From a virus, in IMG/VR virus record IMGVR_UViG_3300029305_006219: a DNA stretch of 64,000 bases; one strand, 5' to 3'. Each line of letters starts with the position of its first letter. Position 1 is the stretch's first letter. The notes beneath the pieces were generated by a model, which saw nothing but the letters and a program-made list of their open reading frames with translations, had not been told where the DNA came from and did no database searches. Made by a program: the position numbers and the translations under genes. Positions 24,918 through 36,828 of the stretch are shown piece after piece.

Positions 24918-26522
24918 GTGCTTAGTTTGGACGAAAGAATAGAGCAAATTCATAAAAAAGGCTTTAACATGAGCACCCCAAGAAGTATCCCAACAGAAGG
25001 GAATGTAATTCCTGAATTAGATTATTCACGAATAAAAATAGGAATTAAGGCGCTTGATGATGCAGTTATAAATCTAGGAGCATATAAAAAACTAAATCCT
25101 AATATGACAAAAGAAAGGATTTAGAAGGCAATTGTAACTGGAGATATAGAATTTATGCGTGAAGCATCTAATTTTTATTTTAAAATAAGTGGTATCTATT
25201 CAAGACTATGTAAACACTTAGCTAATTTTTATAGATATGATTGGTTTATTACTCCTTATGTTAAAAATGCTACTCCAGAAAAGGTTATTGATGGCTTTAA
25301 TAAATGGAATGAGTATTTAGATAATTTTGGAGTAAAAGAGAATTTAGGCGATATAGCTTTGAAAGTATTGCGTAATGGATGCTATTATGGATATATTATA
25401 AAAACAGACAATGGCGCTTACCTTTAGGAGCTATTACCAAAGTATTGCCGCAGCCGCTTTAGTGTCAAAGGGCGCCCGGCGGTTGAATTTAATATGAAAT
25501 TCTTTAATGACTATTATAGAGATGAAGATTATCGTATTCAAGTGTTGAAAATGTTCCCTAAGGACTTTCAAAAAGGTTATACTGCTTTTATAAATGGAAA
25601 GCTGCCACCTGTTGAGCCGGGGGATACTGCGGGATGGTATCTACTTGATCCAGAATGTGCTATTAAGTTTAATATTAATGGCGAAGATTATCCTCCTTTT
25701 ATTTCAGTTATTCCACATATTATTGATTTGGATGCTGCGCAAGAGTTGGATAGAAAGAAAATGGCGCAAAAACTTCTAAAAATTATTATTTAGAAAATGC
25801 CATTAGACAAAAATGGTGATTTAATATTTGATGTTGAGGAAGCACAAGAGCTTCACAATAATGCAGTTAAAATGTTGGGCAAGGCTATTGGTATTGATGT
25901 ATTAACGACTTTTGCAGATGTAGAAGTCGCTGACATGGCTGATAAAAATACTGCTACTACTATTGATGAATTAGAAAAGGTTGAAAGAACCGTGTATAAT
26001 GAGTCAGGTACGGCATAGAATTTATTTAATACTGATGGTAATATTGCTCTTGAAAAAAGTATTCTTGATGACGAAGCTAATTTATATAATCTTATTCTTT
26101 AGTTTCAATCATTTTTGAATTAGCTTATTGAAGATAAGAAAAATAAAAAATTGTATTATAAAGTTCAAATATTACCAACTACAATTTATAATTATAAAGA
26201 TATGTCAAAAATTTATAGAGAGCAAAGCGCGCAAGGAGGTTGTTCTAAGGTTCTTGCAAGTGTTGCACTTGGGCAATCTTATGCTTCAGTAATAGCCACA
26301 GCGAAATTTGAAAATGAAATTCTTGATGTATCTAACCTTTTCCAATCGAAATAGTAGAGGGAAGAGGCAAAAGCAAAAATGAAAACAGATAATAACAAAA
26401 CTACTAATCCTGCAAATAAACAGGAAGAAGTTGTTGTTGAAAAGAAAAAAGTCGGGCGCCAAGAGAAGCCTGATGATCAAAAGTCAGAAAAGACAATTAA
26501 AAATCGCGAAGCCATGAGCTGA
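24918..26522 (+). CDS. portal protein (about 534 aa, about 8 in-frame TAG)
   Basis: Five track ORFs (24918, 25155, 25494, 25797, 26151) are all in frame 0 and joined only through TAG, with a TGA at 26520-26522. The position between terL and the scaffold/capsid genes supports the call. Confidence 0.55.
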
Positions 26523-26539
26523 GGAGAGGAGAAACGGAA

Positions 26540-27901
26540 ATGCACAAATCAGTTGCTACGATAAACTCTCCTGAGTTTATCAATTTAAAACCACTTGATA
26601 TTAATCCTTTAATGTCTGCATGTGAAATTAAAGTTTTGTATGTTGGCGAAAATCGTAATAGGTCATATATAACCAAGGATGTTGCAACCGAAATGGCTAA
26701 GACATTACGAGGTGCGCCTATTGTAGGTTATTATAAAGAAGACATTGGAGACTTTAGAGACCACGGACAAGAAGTTATTATTGATAACGATGGGATTAAA
26801 TTTAATTGCAAAACTGTTCCTTATGGTTTTGTAGCTCCAGATGCAAAGGTATGGTTTAAAGAATTTGAAGATACTAATGACTTTGGAGAAACTATTTTGA
26901 GAGAATATCTTATGACTACAGGATATTTGTGGACTGGCCAATTTGAGGAATGTAAATCTGCTGTTGAGGGCGATGGCAAGCCGCACTCGATGGAATTAGA
27001 TGAAGCAACCGTTAAAGGACATTGGGAAACAAATACCAAAGGCATGGATTTCTTTATTATAAATGACGCAATTTTTTCAAAACTTTGCATTTTGGGCGAC
27101 GATGTTGAACCTTGTTTTGAAGGCTCAAGCATAAAAGCACCAAATGTTAGTGCGTCTTTTACGAAAGTAGATGATACTTTCAGACAAACATTATTTACTA
27201 TGATGCAGGATTTAAAGACTGCATTAGGAGGAGGTCAGCAAATGATAGACGCTATCGTCGATAATGCTGTAGTTGAAGAGCCTATTGTAGCGCCTGCGGC
27301 AGAACCTGCTGCGGAACCTATTATCGAGCCTGAAACTCCAGTAGAACCTTCTTTTGCTGCATCACAAGAGCCAGCTGTTGATACACCTGCAGTGGTTGAA
27401 GAGCCTGCGGCAGAACCTGTCGTAAATCCTGAAGACCCTGCTCCTGTAGATCCTGAACCGGCGCCCGCGCCTTCAATAGAAGAGCAGTTTACTGCACTTC
27501 AGCAGGAACTTGAGGAAGAAAGAACTGCACACTCTGCGCTTGCAGAACAGTATGCGCTACTTCAATCTCAGTATAATACCCTTTCAGCTGAGCACCTAGA
27601 ACTTGTTGAATTTAAAAGACAAAGTGACGATGCAAAGAAAGACGAAATGATTGGAAAATTCTATATGCTTAGCGATGAAGATAAGGCAGAGGTCTTATTT
27701 AATAAAGCTAATTACACTGTAGAAGAAATTGAAGAAAAACTTTCTGTAATTTGTTTCAGAAAAAAGGTCAATTTTGAATTAGAGGATAACTCTAAAAATA
27801 ATAATAAAGTAGAGCAACCACCTGTGACATTTAATATGTCCAACCCTGGTGCTTCAATGCCTGCTTGGTTACAAGCAGTTGAAAATGCAAAAAATAAATA
27901 A
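26540..27901 (+). CDS. scaffolding protein with a P/A/E-rich linker and a coiled coil (453 aa), possibly fused to a prohead protease domain; no in-frame TAG
   Basis: Intact track ORF. The central repeat region is AAEPAAEPIIEPETP..., followed by a C-terminal coiled coil. The position supports the call. Confidence 0.45.
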   Translation: MHKSVATINSPEFINLKPLDINPLMSACEIKVLYVGENRNRSYITKDVATEMAKTLRGAPIVGYYKEDIGDFRDHGQEVIIDNDGIKFNCKTVPYGFVAPDAKVWFKEFEDTNDFGETILREYLMTTGYLWTGQFEECKSAVEGDGKPHSMELDEATVKGHWETNTKGMDFFIINDAIFSKLCILGDDVEPCFEGSSIKAPNVSASFTKVDDTFRQTLFTMMQDLKTALGGGQQMIDAIVDNAVVEEPIVAPAAEPAAEPIIEPETPVEPSFAASQEPAVDTPAVVEEPAAEPVVNPEDPAPVDPEPAPAPSIEEQFTALQQELEEERTAHSALAEQYALLQSQYNTLSAEHLELVEFKRQSDDAKKDEMIGKFYMLSDEDKAEVLFNKANYTVEEIEEKLSVICFRKKVNFELEDNSKNNNKVEQPPVTFNMSNPGASMPAWLQAVENAKNK

Positions 27902-27921
27902 TTTTAAGGAGGACATATAAC

Positions 27922-28446
27922 ATGGCTACTATTAAGCGTGTTGGATTTGGTCAAGTCGAGCCTAATCATCTTTCCGCTCAAAGAAATGGTCAAGTTTACG
28001 CTTCTCTTCCTTGCAATAAGGATATTGCAATCCTTGAAAATGGTCAGTTTGTAAAATATGACTATGCAAAGAATGAAGTTAACTTTACTGGCGAAGGCGA
28101 GTGGATGCTCGTTATGAATGAAGTCAAGCTTTATGATGACTTCTGGAGAGAGTCTTACAAAGATTTTGCTCTTATTAAAGATAATTATAATAATGGTGTT
28201 ATGGCGCCTAGAGTTTTAAAGACTATGCCTGGCGACATTTACACAACAAACTGCCTTGAGGACGCTAATACCTCTGGCAAAGCTACTTTCACTGGCACAG
28301 AGGAAATTGAGGTTGGCACTGAGCTCAAGATCAATGCTAAAGGTTTCCTTTCTACTAATGGAACTAGCGATATTGTATTCCAAGTTGTAAAAGTTTACAC
28401 AATGCCTGATGGCCAATAGGGCGTCAAGGTTATGCGTATTAAATAA
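27922..28446 (+). CDS. head protein, possibly a decoration protein (165 aa, or 174 aa if the terminal TAG is read through)
   Basis: Strong RBS aaggagg. The ORF ends on the TAG at 28417-28419, and a TAA lies in frame 9 codons later. Confidence 0.45.
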
Positions 28447-28464
28447 TAAGGGAGGGATATAGTA

Positions 28465-29517
28465 ATGGCATTAGATAGAAATAGTTTATTTACATTAGGT
28501 CACCGCGTTGCTGACGCTAATCCTTCTGCTCCCGTTGCTTATTCTTTTGAGGATAAGAGTTATAGCTATGCAGATTTAAATAATGCTTTCCGTGCAGAGC
28601 TTAAGGATCTTATTGGTACATATGCTCTTTGGAGAGAGAACCATAATACAGTTTATACTCTTATGGAGGAAATTATCACTGATAAGCTTCCTGCTAAAGT
28701 AATGCAACAATATGGCGCATTTGCTGAAGTTAAGACATATCGTCAAGGCGAAAAGCCTGTATTCGTTCAGAGAATTACCGAGGCTTCCAAGAGACGTGCA
28801 AAGCAGTTTATTGCAATGCCTGCAGGTCTTGCTGGTCGTTATGAGGTCTTTAAGCTTGATGGACGTAGCTACGAAGTAAAGACTTCTGCAATGGGTGCAG
28901 CATGTCAGATCGCTATTGAGGAATTCCTTGATGGTAGAATTGATATGGCTACAGTTCTTGATATTGTTATGGAAGGTATGGATGATAAGATCTATGCTGA
29001 AATCGCAAATGTTCTTATCGCTGCTGTTGAGAATATTCAAGATGCTAACAAGGTTCTTGCTGATAGCTTCGTTGAGGCTGAAATGGACGCTCTTCTTGCA
29101 GTTGCGGACACTTATGGAAACGGTAGATCGACGATTTATTGTACATTTGAGTTTGCTTCTCAAATGCTTCCTGACAATGCTTGGGATCAAGGAAGAATGT
29201 CTGATAGTATGAAGGATGAGTACTGGAGAAATGGTCGTCTTGCAAACTACAAGAACCATCAAGTCATCGTTCTTCGTCAATCTTTTGTTGATGAAACAAA
29301 TACTGAAAAGGTTATCGATCCTTCATATGCTTGGATTATTCCTGGCGGCGCTGAGAAGCCAATCAAGATCGCTTTCGAAGGTGATACAATGATTAAAGAA
29401 GAAGATAATGAAGACTGGTCTAAGAGCATCCACTTCTATAAGAAGGTTGGCGTTGCGGCTATGATCAACAATGATATCTGTGTTTATAAGAACAGATCTC
29501 TTAAGAAAACCAGATAA
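28465..29517 (+). CDS. major capsid protein (350 aa, no in-frame TAG)
   Basis: Strong RBS aagggaggg. Size and position downstream of the scaffold gene fit a major capsid protein. A stem-loop follows at 29535-29569. Confidence 0.55.
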   Translation: MALDRNSLFTLGHRVADANPSAPVAYSFEDKSYSYADLNNAFRAELKDLIGTYALWRENHNTVYTLMEEIITDKLPAKVMQQYGAFAEVKTYRQGEKPVFVQRITEASKRRAKQFIAMPAGLAGRYEVFKLDGRSYEVKTSAMGAACQIAIEEFLDGRIDMATVLDIVMEGMDDKIYAEIANVLIAAVENIQDANKVLADSFVEAEMDALLAVADTYGNGRSTIYCTFEFASQMLPDNAWDQGRMSDSMKDEYWRNGRLANYKNHQVIVLRQSFVDETNTEKVIDPSYAWIIPGGAEKPIKIAFEGDTMIKEEDNEDWSKSIHFYKKVGVAAMINNDICVYKNRSLKKTR

Positions 29518-29603
29518 TTAAACTTGAACTTTCAGAGGGAAGAGAAGAAGGTGGGTCTTCCTTCCCTCTTAAATTCTAAATGGAGATAAAAGGAGATATA
29601 ATT

Positions 29604-30182
29604 ATGTTAAATAATACTGATAAAATCAGAGTAGAAAATCGCGCAAATGCGATTGTTTGTTACAGAGTACCAGAATCTAAGGTTATTAGACGTTTTGAGC
29701 CAAAAGAAACAAAAGAAATTCCTATGGGCGAATTGCGTCAAGCAGTACAAATCCCAGGTACTTATAATCTAATAGCTAGTGATTTGATTCTGCATAGTAA
29801 AGAAGCTGTTGAAGAACTAATTCCAGATGCAGAACCTGAGTATTTTTATGATAAAAATGATGTTCTTTTTCTTCTTGAAAAAGGCACTTTAGATCAACTT
29901 AAAGATGCATTAGATTTTGCGCCTGAGGGTGTTATTGATCTAATTAAAGAAGAGGCTGTTCTTACAGAACTTAACGACATGAAGAAAAGAACTGCAATTT
30001 TTGAAGCTACTAATTTTAATGTAACTAAAGCAATTGAGCTTAGACATGAAGCGCAAAAGGAAACTAAAGTTGAAACTAAGACCAGACGTGCGGCGCCAAT
30101 CGGTGAAGCAGAGACTGAAGAAACAACTCAAGCGCCTGTGCGCAGAACGGCTATGCCCAATAAATACACTATTGTAAAGTAA
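29604..30182 (+). CDS. hypothetical head-completion or connector-region protein (192 aa)
   Basis: RBS aaaggagatataattATG inside track ORF 29580..30182. Confidence 0.45.
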   Translation: MLNNTDKIRVENRANAIVCYRVPESKVIRRFEPKETKEIPMGELRQAVQIPGTYNLIASDLILHSKEAVEELIPDAEPEYFYDKNDVLFLLEKGTLDQLKDALDFAPEGVIDLIKEEAVLTELNDMKKRTAIFEATNFNVTKAIELRHEAQKETKVETKTRRAAPIGEAETEETTQAPVRRTAMPNKYTIVK

Positions 30183-30200
30183 TATTAAGGAGGTGTTCGT

Positions 30201-30677
30201 ATGCCAGTAACATCAACACCTTTTTCCGTAGTGCATGATAGATTTTTATCGAAAATAACTGACGATATGTATATGGAAATTACTCCAGAAGAAACCGCCG
30301 CAGCATTGAATGAGCTTCTTGATAGCGCAATACCGTGGTTTGAATTTCCTAGGGTTAATTTAAACGATAAAACAAATGAAGTATTTAATGCTTCATTAAG
30401 TGATGAAGAAATTAATATTCTTGCTATATATATGATAGTCGAATGGATTGGATATCAATTGGCTAATATTGAATTGATTCGTATGAAGTATAGTGGAAGT
30501 GATTTTAAATTTACTTCTCAAGCTAATCATATGCACAAGCTTAAAGATATGCAAAAGGAATATGAAAGAAAAGGATTCCATTTGCAAAGACTTTATAAAC
30601 GGAGAAAAGCAGATAGTAAAGGTATTATGAAATCTACTTTTGGAAGTATTATGGAATCTTCTTTTAAGGAGGACTAA
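30201..30677 (+). CDS. hypothetical structural protein (158 aa)
   Basis: RBS taaggagg. ORF from the track. Confidence 0.45.
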   Translation: MPVTSTPFSVVHDRFLSKITDDMYMEITPEETAAALNELLDSAIPWFEFPRVNLNDKTNEVFNASLSDEEINILAIYMIVEWIGYQLANIELIRMKYSGSDFKFTSQANHMHKLKDMQKEYERKGFHLQRLYKRRKADSKGIMKSTFGSIMESSFKED

Positions 30678-30679
30678 AT

Positions 30680-30991
30680 ATGCTTTTAAAGTATGATTAT
30701 AATATAGGTAAAGAAGCAATAAAAATTAGTTTTACTCGATTAACTAATTAGATATATAAGCTTCTCCCATTGCGTGAAGAAGGGAGCGATTGGCGCAAAC
30801 CTTTAATCACAATTATGGAAGAGCTTTAGGGTATGAATAGGTTATTTCTCGATCAATAGCCTAATCTATATAAATTACTTTGTAAATTAGAAGGACTATT
30901 TACTCTTGATTCTGAAGAAGATTTTATGACTTATCGTGGAATCATTTTTGAGTGTCTGAGTATTTTAAGTGAATTACAACAATGTCTTTAA
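30680..30991 (+). CDS. hypothetical protein (about 103 aa, 3 in-frame TAG)
   Basis: ATG at 30680. Frame 2 is open through three TAGs to the TAA at 30989-30991. Confidence 0.4.
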
Positions 30992-31971
30992 ATAATTTAA
31001 AAACAAGATTACAATATCATGGCGGCGCCAAGTAGATTGATCGAATGACGGAAGATAAGAAAAGAAGTTTGAATAAAGCTTTATTATATTCTTATTAGTC
31101 AGCTACTGCAATCCTTGAAGATGGGCGCGAATTTAGATGTCTTATTAATCCAAATAAAATTAGTATGGAAGCAGATGATAAAATGTTATCTATTCCATTT
31201 GAAGATATTTGTTTAAATAAAGAAAGGCCAGAAGGAGAAAAAACTTCTGAAGGAAAAGAGATTATTGGAGTTAAAAGTGGAAGTCTTATTCAATGGAAAG
31301 AGAATGGAACCTATTGGTTAGTATATTCACAGTATCTCCAAGAAACTGCTTATTTTAGAGGCTTGATGCGCCAATGTGATGCCGAAGTAGAATGGGAAGA
31401 TGATAATGGTAATAAACATCGTCGTCGAGTATATCTTAAAGGCCCTGATGAAAAAGGTATCGATTGGCAAAAAACTAAGAATTTTATTTTTAACGATTTA
31501 AATTATACTGTAGAAATTTATATTTCTAATATATAGGAAACAAATGAGTTCTTTCATAGATTTAAAAAAGTAAAAATTCAAGGAAGACCATTTGAAGTAC
31601 AAGCAGTCGATGATTTATCAACAGATGGTATCTTGACTGTTTATCTAAAAGAAGACTATACGAATGTCTGGGAAGAGGTTGCGCCCGAGGCTAAAGAAGA
31701 AAATGCTGATGCCTTAAAGGGAAATGATGTAACAACTCCCGTAATCGAAGGTCCTACTGAGGTATATCCATACGATATTGTTGAATATAAGGTGCGCAAT
31801 AGTGCGCCTGGCGCGTGGGTATTGAGTAATCATAGGGCGCAGATTATCGAATCGAATGAGTCTTCTGTTAAAGTTGAAATCACTACAGGTAAAAGTGGTA
31901 GTGTTAGTTTAATATATAAAATTGATGGTATTAATGATATTATTCACAATATCGAGATATTGTCATTATGA
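30982..31971 (+). CDS. structural protein with a C-terminal Ig-like (Big_2-like) domain (about 329 aa, 3 in-frame TAG); candidate major tail or head-tail protein
   Basis: Track ORFs 31165 and 31633 share frame 1 and are joined through TAG. The ATG at 30982 overlaps the end of the previous gene. The C-terminus reads ..VEYKVRNSAPGAWVLSNHRAQIIESNESSVKVEITTGKSGSVSLIYKIDG. Confidence 0.45.
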
Positions 31972-31988
31972 GATAAAAGGAGTACACT

Positions 31989-32579
31989 ATGAAGAGAGAT
32001 ACAATTGCTAAACCTTTAGAATCATCCTTTCTTTCATGTGAACGTGATACGGAAACTATATTAAAAAAATTATTTATTGATAGCCGCCAGCACAGTAAGA
32101 TTTTAAAACGATTACTTGTTGTTACAAATAACGATTGCTTAATTGATACGAGTGCAAAATATCAAGATGCTGAAAATATGAGTATTAAATAGCTTATTGA
32201 TCAAGGATATATTATTACGTCTCCAGTAATAAAGCAAAATGAGCATGAATAGTTAAAGGCGGCATTGGTGATTAGTTTTGACAATTTCTTGCCAAATGGA
32301 ACTAATCCAGAGTTTAGAGATTGCTCAGTAAATATTGATGTATTATGTCCTCTTGATTGTTGGGATTTAACTGATTATCAACAGCGACCTTTTAAAATTG
32401 CGGGTTATGTTGATGGTATTTTAAATAAGGCAAAATTATCTGGAATAGGAGAACTAAATTTCTTGGGCGGCAATGGGCCAATTATAGATGGAAACGTAGG
32501 GATGTTTTCTTTAATCTATCGTGCTGTGCATGGAACCGATGATATCCTTCCAGATGATGAATATCATGGCACTGAATAA
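31989..32579 (+). CDS. hypothetical protein (about 196 aa, 2 in-frame TAG)
   Basis: Track ORFs 31989 and 32265 are in the same frame and joined through TAG. TAA at 32577-32579. Confidence 0.45.
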
Positions 32580-33327
32580 TGAGTTGCTCTTACTCTCTGG
32601 AGCAGATATTCCTTTTGTCGAAGGCACGGTAACAATTCATTAGCCTACGATATATGAAATCTCTTTAATTGGAGAGGAAACATTATTTACTGGTTGTGAG
32701 TTGTTGAGGTTTTCAAAAGATATGTTAAATTCTGAGGACAAAATTAAATTATCTAATTATACTGATTTTAATATATTAATGTCAATAATGAATGATAAAA
32801 GTGGGTCAATGATATTTAATATATCTTGTGCTAAATAGGTGTTAGATTTAATCTTTCCCTTTTATACTGTTGAATTGGCGCCCAATGCGATACTGCTTGT
32901 TGACGCTAATGATAAATTTACACAATGCGGTGAAATTAATGATACTAATTTCCTTGTATTTAAAGATGTTCTGACTCAAATGTTTTGTTTGAAAAGGGCA
33001 TCGTCTACACAAGATTATAATGTGTAGGGTGAGTTAGCGAAGAAAATTGCAGACAAATTTAAACGCAGACAAAAATAGCTTGCCGAACTATCTGCGAAAC
33101 CAAACAAGATTGCAATTTTTAGTAGATATATTTCAATATTAACAGTTGGAGAGCATAAAGATATGAATTCTTTTATGAAATACACTGTTTATCAATTATT
33201 TGATGAGTTTTAGCGCTATGAACTTAAAACGGGATATGATATTTATTTCAAAGCTCGTACGGCTGGCGCTAAAGACATAAAAGAGCCTGAAGATTGGATG
33301 AAAGATCTCCATAATGAAGGCGCTTAA
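32566..33327 (+). CDS. hypothetical protein (about 253 aa, about 5 in-frame TAG)
   Basis: ATG at 32566 in frame 1. The gene contains track ORF 32839..33027 and ends on TAA at 33325-33327. Confidence 0.4.
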
Positions 33328-33362
33328 TAAAAAACTTAAAATATTTTAAGGAGGACAACTCT

Positions 33363-34286
33363 ATGCAATTTGGTATTAGAGAAATATGCGACGTCGTATT
33401 TAAGGCTAAAAATGCTGGAAACCTTGGTTCCTTTAAGTATGTTGCAGGACAGCCTGTTCTTTATATTGACAGCGCAAAAACTTCCACAATGGAAGGCGCA
33501 GCTACCACTGTTTATGCTCAGGGTGGTAAGGGTAATGCGCGTTTGATCGCTTGGGAAGGTGAGAGAACTCTTACTTTCACGGTTGAAGACGCACTTCTTT
33601 CTGAGCTTGGATTTGCTATTCTTTCTGGCGCTGGTCTTTTAAAGGCTGGTGAAAAAGTTGGAGAGAATACTCATGTTGCTCATGTTCATTCTACTTCTAG
33701 AACTGTTATTGGTACAGATGGAAAAATCGATCTTAGTGATGTTCTCGGTGAGAATGAAACTATCGATGAAGCTTCTCCTGTTTTTGTTATGCTAATGGAG
33801 CATGGTTCGCTTAAGAATATTCTTACTGGTTGCACTATTGCAGAAGATGGTAAATCAATTACTGGACCCATCCAAATGGACGGTGAGACGGCGGTTGAAG
33901 CAGATGTCTTTGTTGACTTCTATATTCAAAAGACAGCTGGTGTTACAGAAATGACTATTGATATGGAGAACTTTGCAGGTTATTATTATGTTGAAGCATC
34001 TACTCTCTTTAGACGTCAATCTGACGGTAGAGACTTACCTGCTGAGCTTATTTTCCCGAACGTTAAAATTCAATCTAACTTCACATTCTCAATGGCTTCT
34101 ACTGGTGATCCTTCTACATTTACATTCACAATGGATGCAATGCCTGGATACACTCGTTTTGATCGTTCTAAGAAAGTTCTTTGCGCAATGCAAGTTGTTG
34201 ACGAAGATACTAGCGATGACAAGGATCCTGATAAAGATTCTGCTGATTTGATAGCAGATGCAGAAAAACTTTATCCTATTGCTTAA
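33363..34286 (+). CDS. abundant tail protein (307 aa, no in-frame TAG); candidate tail tube protein
   Basis: Strong RBS taaggagg. Intact ORF followed by a strong terminator. The position upstream of the chaperone/tape-measure genes supports the call. Confidence 0.45.
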   Translation: MQFGIREICDVVFKAKNAGNLGSFKYVAGQPVLYIDSAKTSTMEGAATTVYAQGGKGNARLIAWEGERTLTFTVEDALLSELGFAILSGAGLLKAGEKVGENTHVAHVHSTSRTVIGTDGKIDLSDVLGENETIDEASPVFVMLMEHGSLKNILTGCTIAEDGKSITGPIQMDGETAVEADVFVDFYIQKTAGVTEMTIDMENFAGYYYVEASTLFRRQSDGRDLPAELIFPNVKIQSNFTFSMASTGDPSTFTFTMDAMPGYTRFDRSKKVLCAMQVVDEDTSDDKDPDKDSADLIADAEKLYPIA

Positions 34287-34310
34287 GCAGTAAGTAATTA
34301 AATAGTATTT

Positions 34311-34341
34311 AAAAGGCGGTGGGTGGTCCACCGCCTTTTTA
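34311..34341 (+). terminator. intrinsic terminator
   Basis: Hairpin aaggcggtgg-gtggt-ccaccgcctt followed by TTTTT. Confidence 0.6.
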
Positions 34342-34363
34342 TTATGAGTAAAAGGAGGTATGT

Positions 34364-36124
34364 ATGAGTAAGCTTGGAGATTATATTCATGTTAGCTGGA
34401 AAAATTATCGATTATATGGTACTACTAAACAAGGCCCTAGTAATTTTGATCCTATGATTTTTGCTCATCATAGAACAGAGGTTGCGCGCGAAATTTTAAA
34501 AACTAAAGAAATAAATAATATTGCAAAATTAGAATAGCAATACAATAGTGGAGCAAAAAAGTTAAATTCATTTATATCTAATGTTATTGCACATAAAAAT
34601 GATAATAAAGATTTTTTAACTTAGCTTTTAAGTATTATTAGTAAAAATTATAAATCTATTTCAGATTATATTATAAAAGGATTAAAATGGGATCCTCATA
34701 GAGAATGCATTATTTATGATCCTGAAATTACTACTGAAGCATTAAAAGCGGATGAAGTAAATGCGCAAAAAACAATGCAAAATTTTCAACGACAATCTGG
34801 TATACATATCGACCCATTGGTAACGCATCTATAGTCAATAAAAAGTAAATTATCAAAATTAAATGAAAGTTCTTTAAAAATTGGATTATTAGCTACTTGT
34901 CAAAGTTACATTTTATCTTTGCAACAAGCGAAAGGTGAAGATAGTTTATTAGCAGATTCAATTAGGGTAATTACTCGTGGTAAGGTACAAGGCGGTTTTT
35001 TATCAATAGCAGAAGAAACAAAATAGGGGAAAAAAGGTTTTTTAAATGGATTTTTAGCTGATATTTAGAAGCTAACTGCATAGTCATTGAGCGCAATTAG
35101 AATTTAGAATAATATTGGAGCAGAATTAGCAGAAATTATGGGTACTGTTATTAGTGAAAATCTTAATAATCTTTCTAGAACTGCGCTGGAAGAATATTTT
35201 AAGTCATTCGTTAATTCTAATAAAACTACTATGGGGCGCGCAATGACGAAAGCTTGGACAAAAAAAGTAAATGGAAATATGACGGGCGCAGGTATTGGAT
35301 CTATTGAATTAAATTTAGATAATATTGATTTAGGAACTTTATTTGATGATAAAAACTCTCATAGAAAAGCTATTCAAAAATATGAGTCTAAAAAAACGGG
35401 AGAAATTAGTTACTCAATTGAATCTTTTTCTGATACAGTTTAGCAAAAAGCGGATTTCATTGTTACTTTAAAAGATAATACACAATTTGGAGTGTCTATG
35501 AAAAATTATGATATGTCTGATATTTCAGCTATTGAAACAAAAGTTGGAACAAAAATTCCTAATAGCATTGCTTTACAGGATTCTAGTTTAGCTTTATATC
35601 TAGGAGCATTAGAATTGAAACACAAACCTGGAAACTTAGGCAATCATTATTTATAGATTTTAAGCCAATAGAGAGGATATGAGAATGGAAAATATGCGGC
35701 TGAAATATAGCGAATGCGTACGTAGGCTAATCAAGCTTTATCTTTATATATTTTATGGAGCGCAATGACTGGGCGCGGTCAGGGTAGAGGTTTTAGTAAT
35801 TAGTTTGCTGATATTTTAGCTATTTATGATAAAGCAGATAAATTTGCTGCTATAACTGGTTTTAGAAGAATTCGTTTATATAGCATGAGAGATATTTTAA
35901 AAGATATTATGACTATGACTCAGGATTCTTTTAATTAGGTGGCAATATTTACACCTCGTATTTCTCAAATTCTATTAGATAATAAAAGGGTAGGTGATAA
36001 ACCTGATTTTGCATTGGCAAAAGAGCGTATTTCTAAATTAGTTATTCATGCAAAATCATAGAATATAGCGGTTTCTTTATCTAAAATATATCTTAATACT
36101 ATTGCAGGTATTTCTTATAAATAA
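34364..36124 (+). CDS. hypothetical tail-region protein (about 586 aa, about 17 in-frame TAG)
   Basis: RBS aaaggagg plus ATG at 34364. Frame 2 is open to the TAA at 36122-36124 and contains track ORF 35138..35443. Confidence 0.45.
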
Positions 36125-36133
36125 TATTTAAAC

Positions 36134-36162
36134 TTGACTTTTTAAAAATTTTTTCTTATAAT
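36134..36162 (+). promoter_or_regulatory. internal consensus promoter TTGACT-N17-TATAAT
   Basis: aacTTGACTttttaaaaattttttctTATAAT lies upstream of the chaperone and tape measure genes. Confidence 0.5.
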
Positions 36163-36205
36163 ATATATGTAAGAACTAAGTAAGAGTAAAAGGAGATTAA
36201 AGAAT

Positions 36206-36733
36206 ATGAATTATTCTAATTTTAATATTCATCTTAATAAAGATGTAAAAACTATTGAATATAATAATAATACTATTAATATATTATAGTATCTTCCTAT
36301 TGAAGAAAAAAATAGTATTATTCAACTCGCACTTCAAAATAGTGAAGAAAATGGTATTTATAATGTATTAATGTTAGATATGTATTTTAAACTTTATATT
36401 GTATATTCTTATACAGATATTGAATTTACAGAAGATGAAAAAGATAATCCTGTTAAGCTATATGATGAGTTGTATAGCGAGGGATTAATACAAGCAATTA
36501 TATCGGCGATTCCTATTCATGAATATGAATATCTTTGCGATAACCTTAAACATATGATGGATCTTAAACTTCAATATCGCAATACTATTGCATCTGTAAT
36601 TAATAATTTTGTAGAGAATCTACCTATTAATGCAAATGCGGCAAAGGACATTATTGAGAAGTTTAATCCTGAGGATTTTCAAGAGGTATTAAAGTTTGCA
36701 CAAGCTGCAAATGGCAATCGTCCAATTAATTAA
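36206..36733 (+). CDS. tail assembly chaperone-like protein (about 175 aa, 1 in-frame TAG)
   Basis: RBS aaaggag plus ATG at 36206, in frame with track ORF 36371..36733. The position immediately upstream of the tape measure gene supports the call. Confidence 0.4.
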
Positions 36734-36828
36734 GGTCAAAATAAGATAAATTTAATACCCTAACTATTATATATTAGTAGTATAGGGTATTTTATTTTAC
36801 CTAAAACGAGAAACAAGGAGGATATATA

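Noticed and set aside
28576-29280. 234-aa minus-strand ORF antisense to the major capsid gene, and likewise 54312..54815(-) and 55057..55518(+) inside the 504-aa fibre gene
   Set aside because: These are antisense or off-frame shadows of strongly supported genes. Typical AT-rich shadow ORFs.
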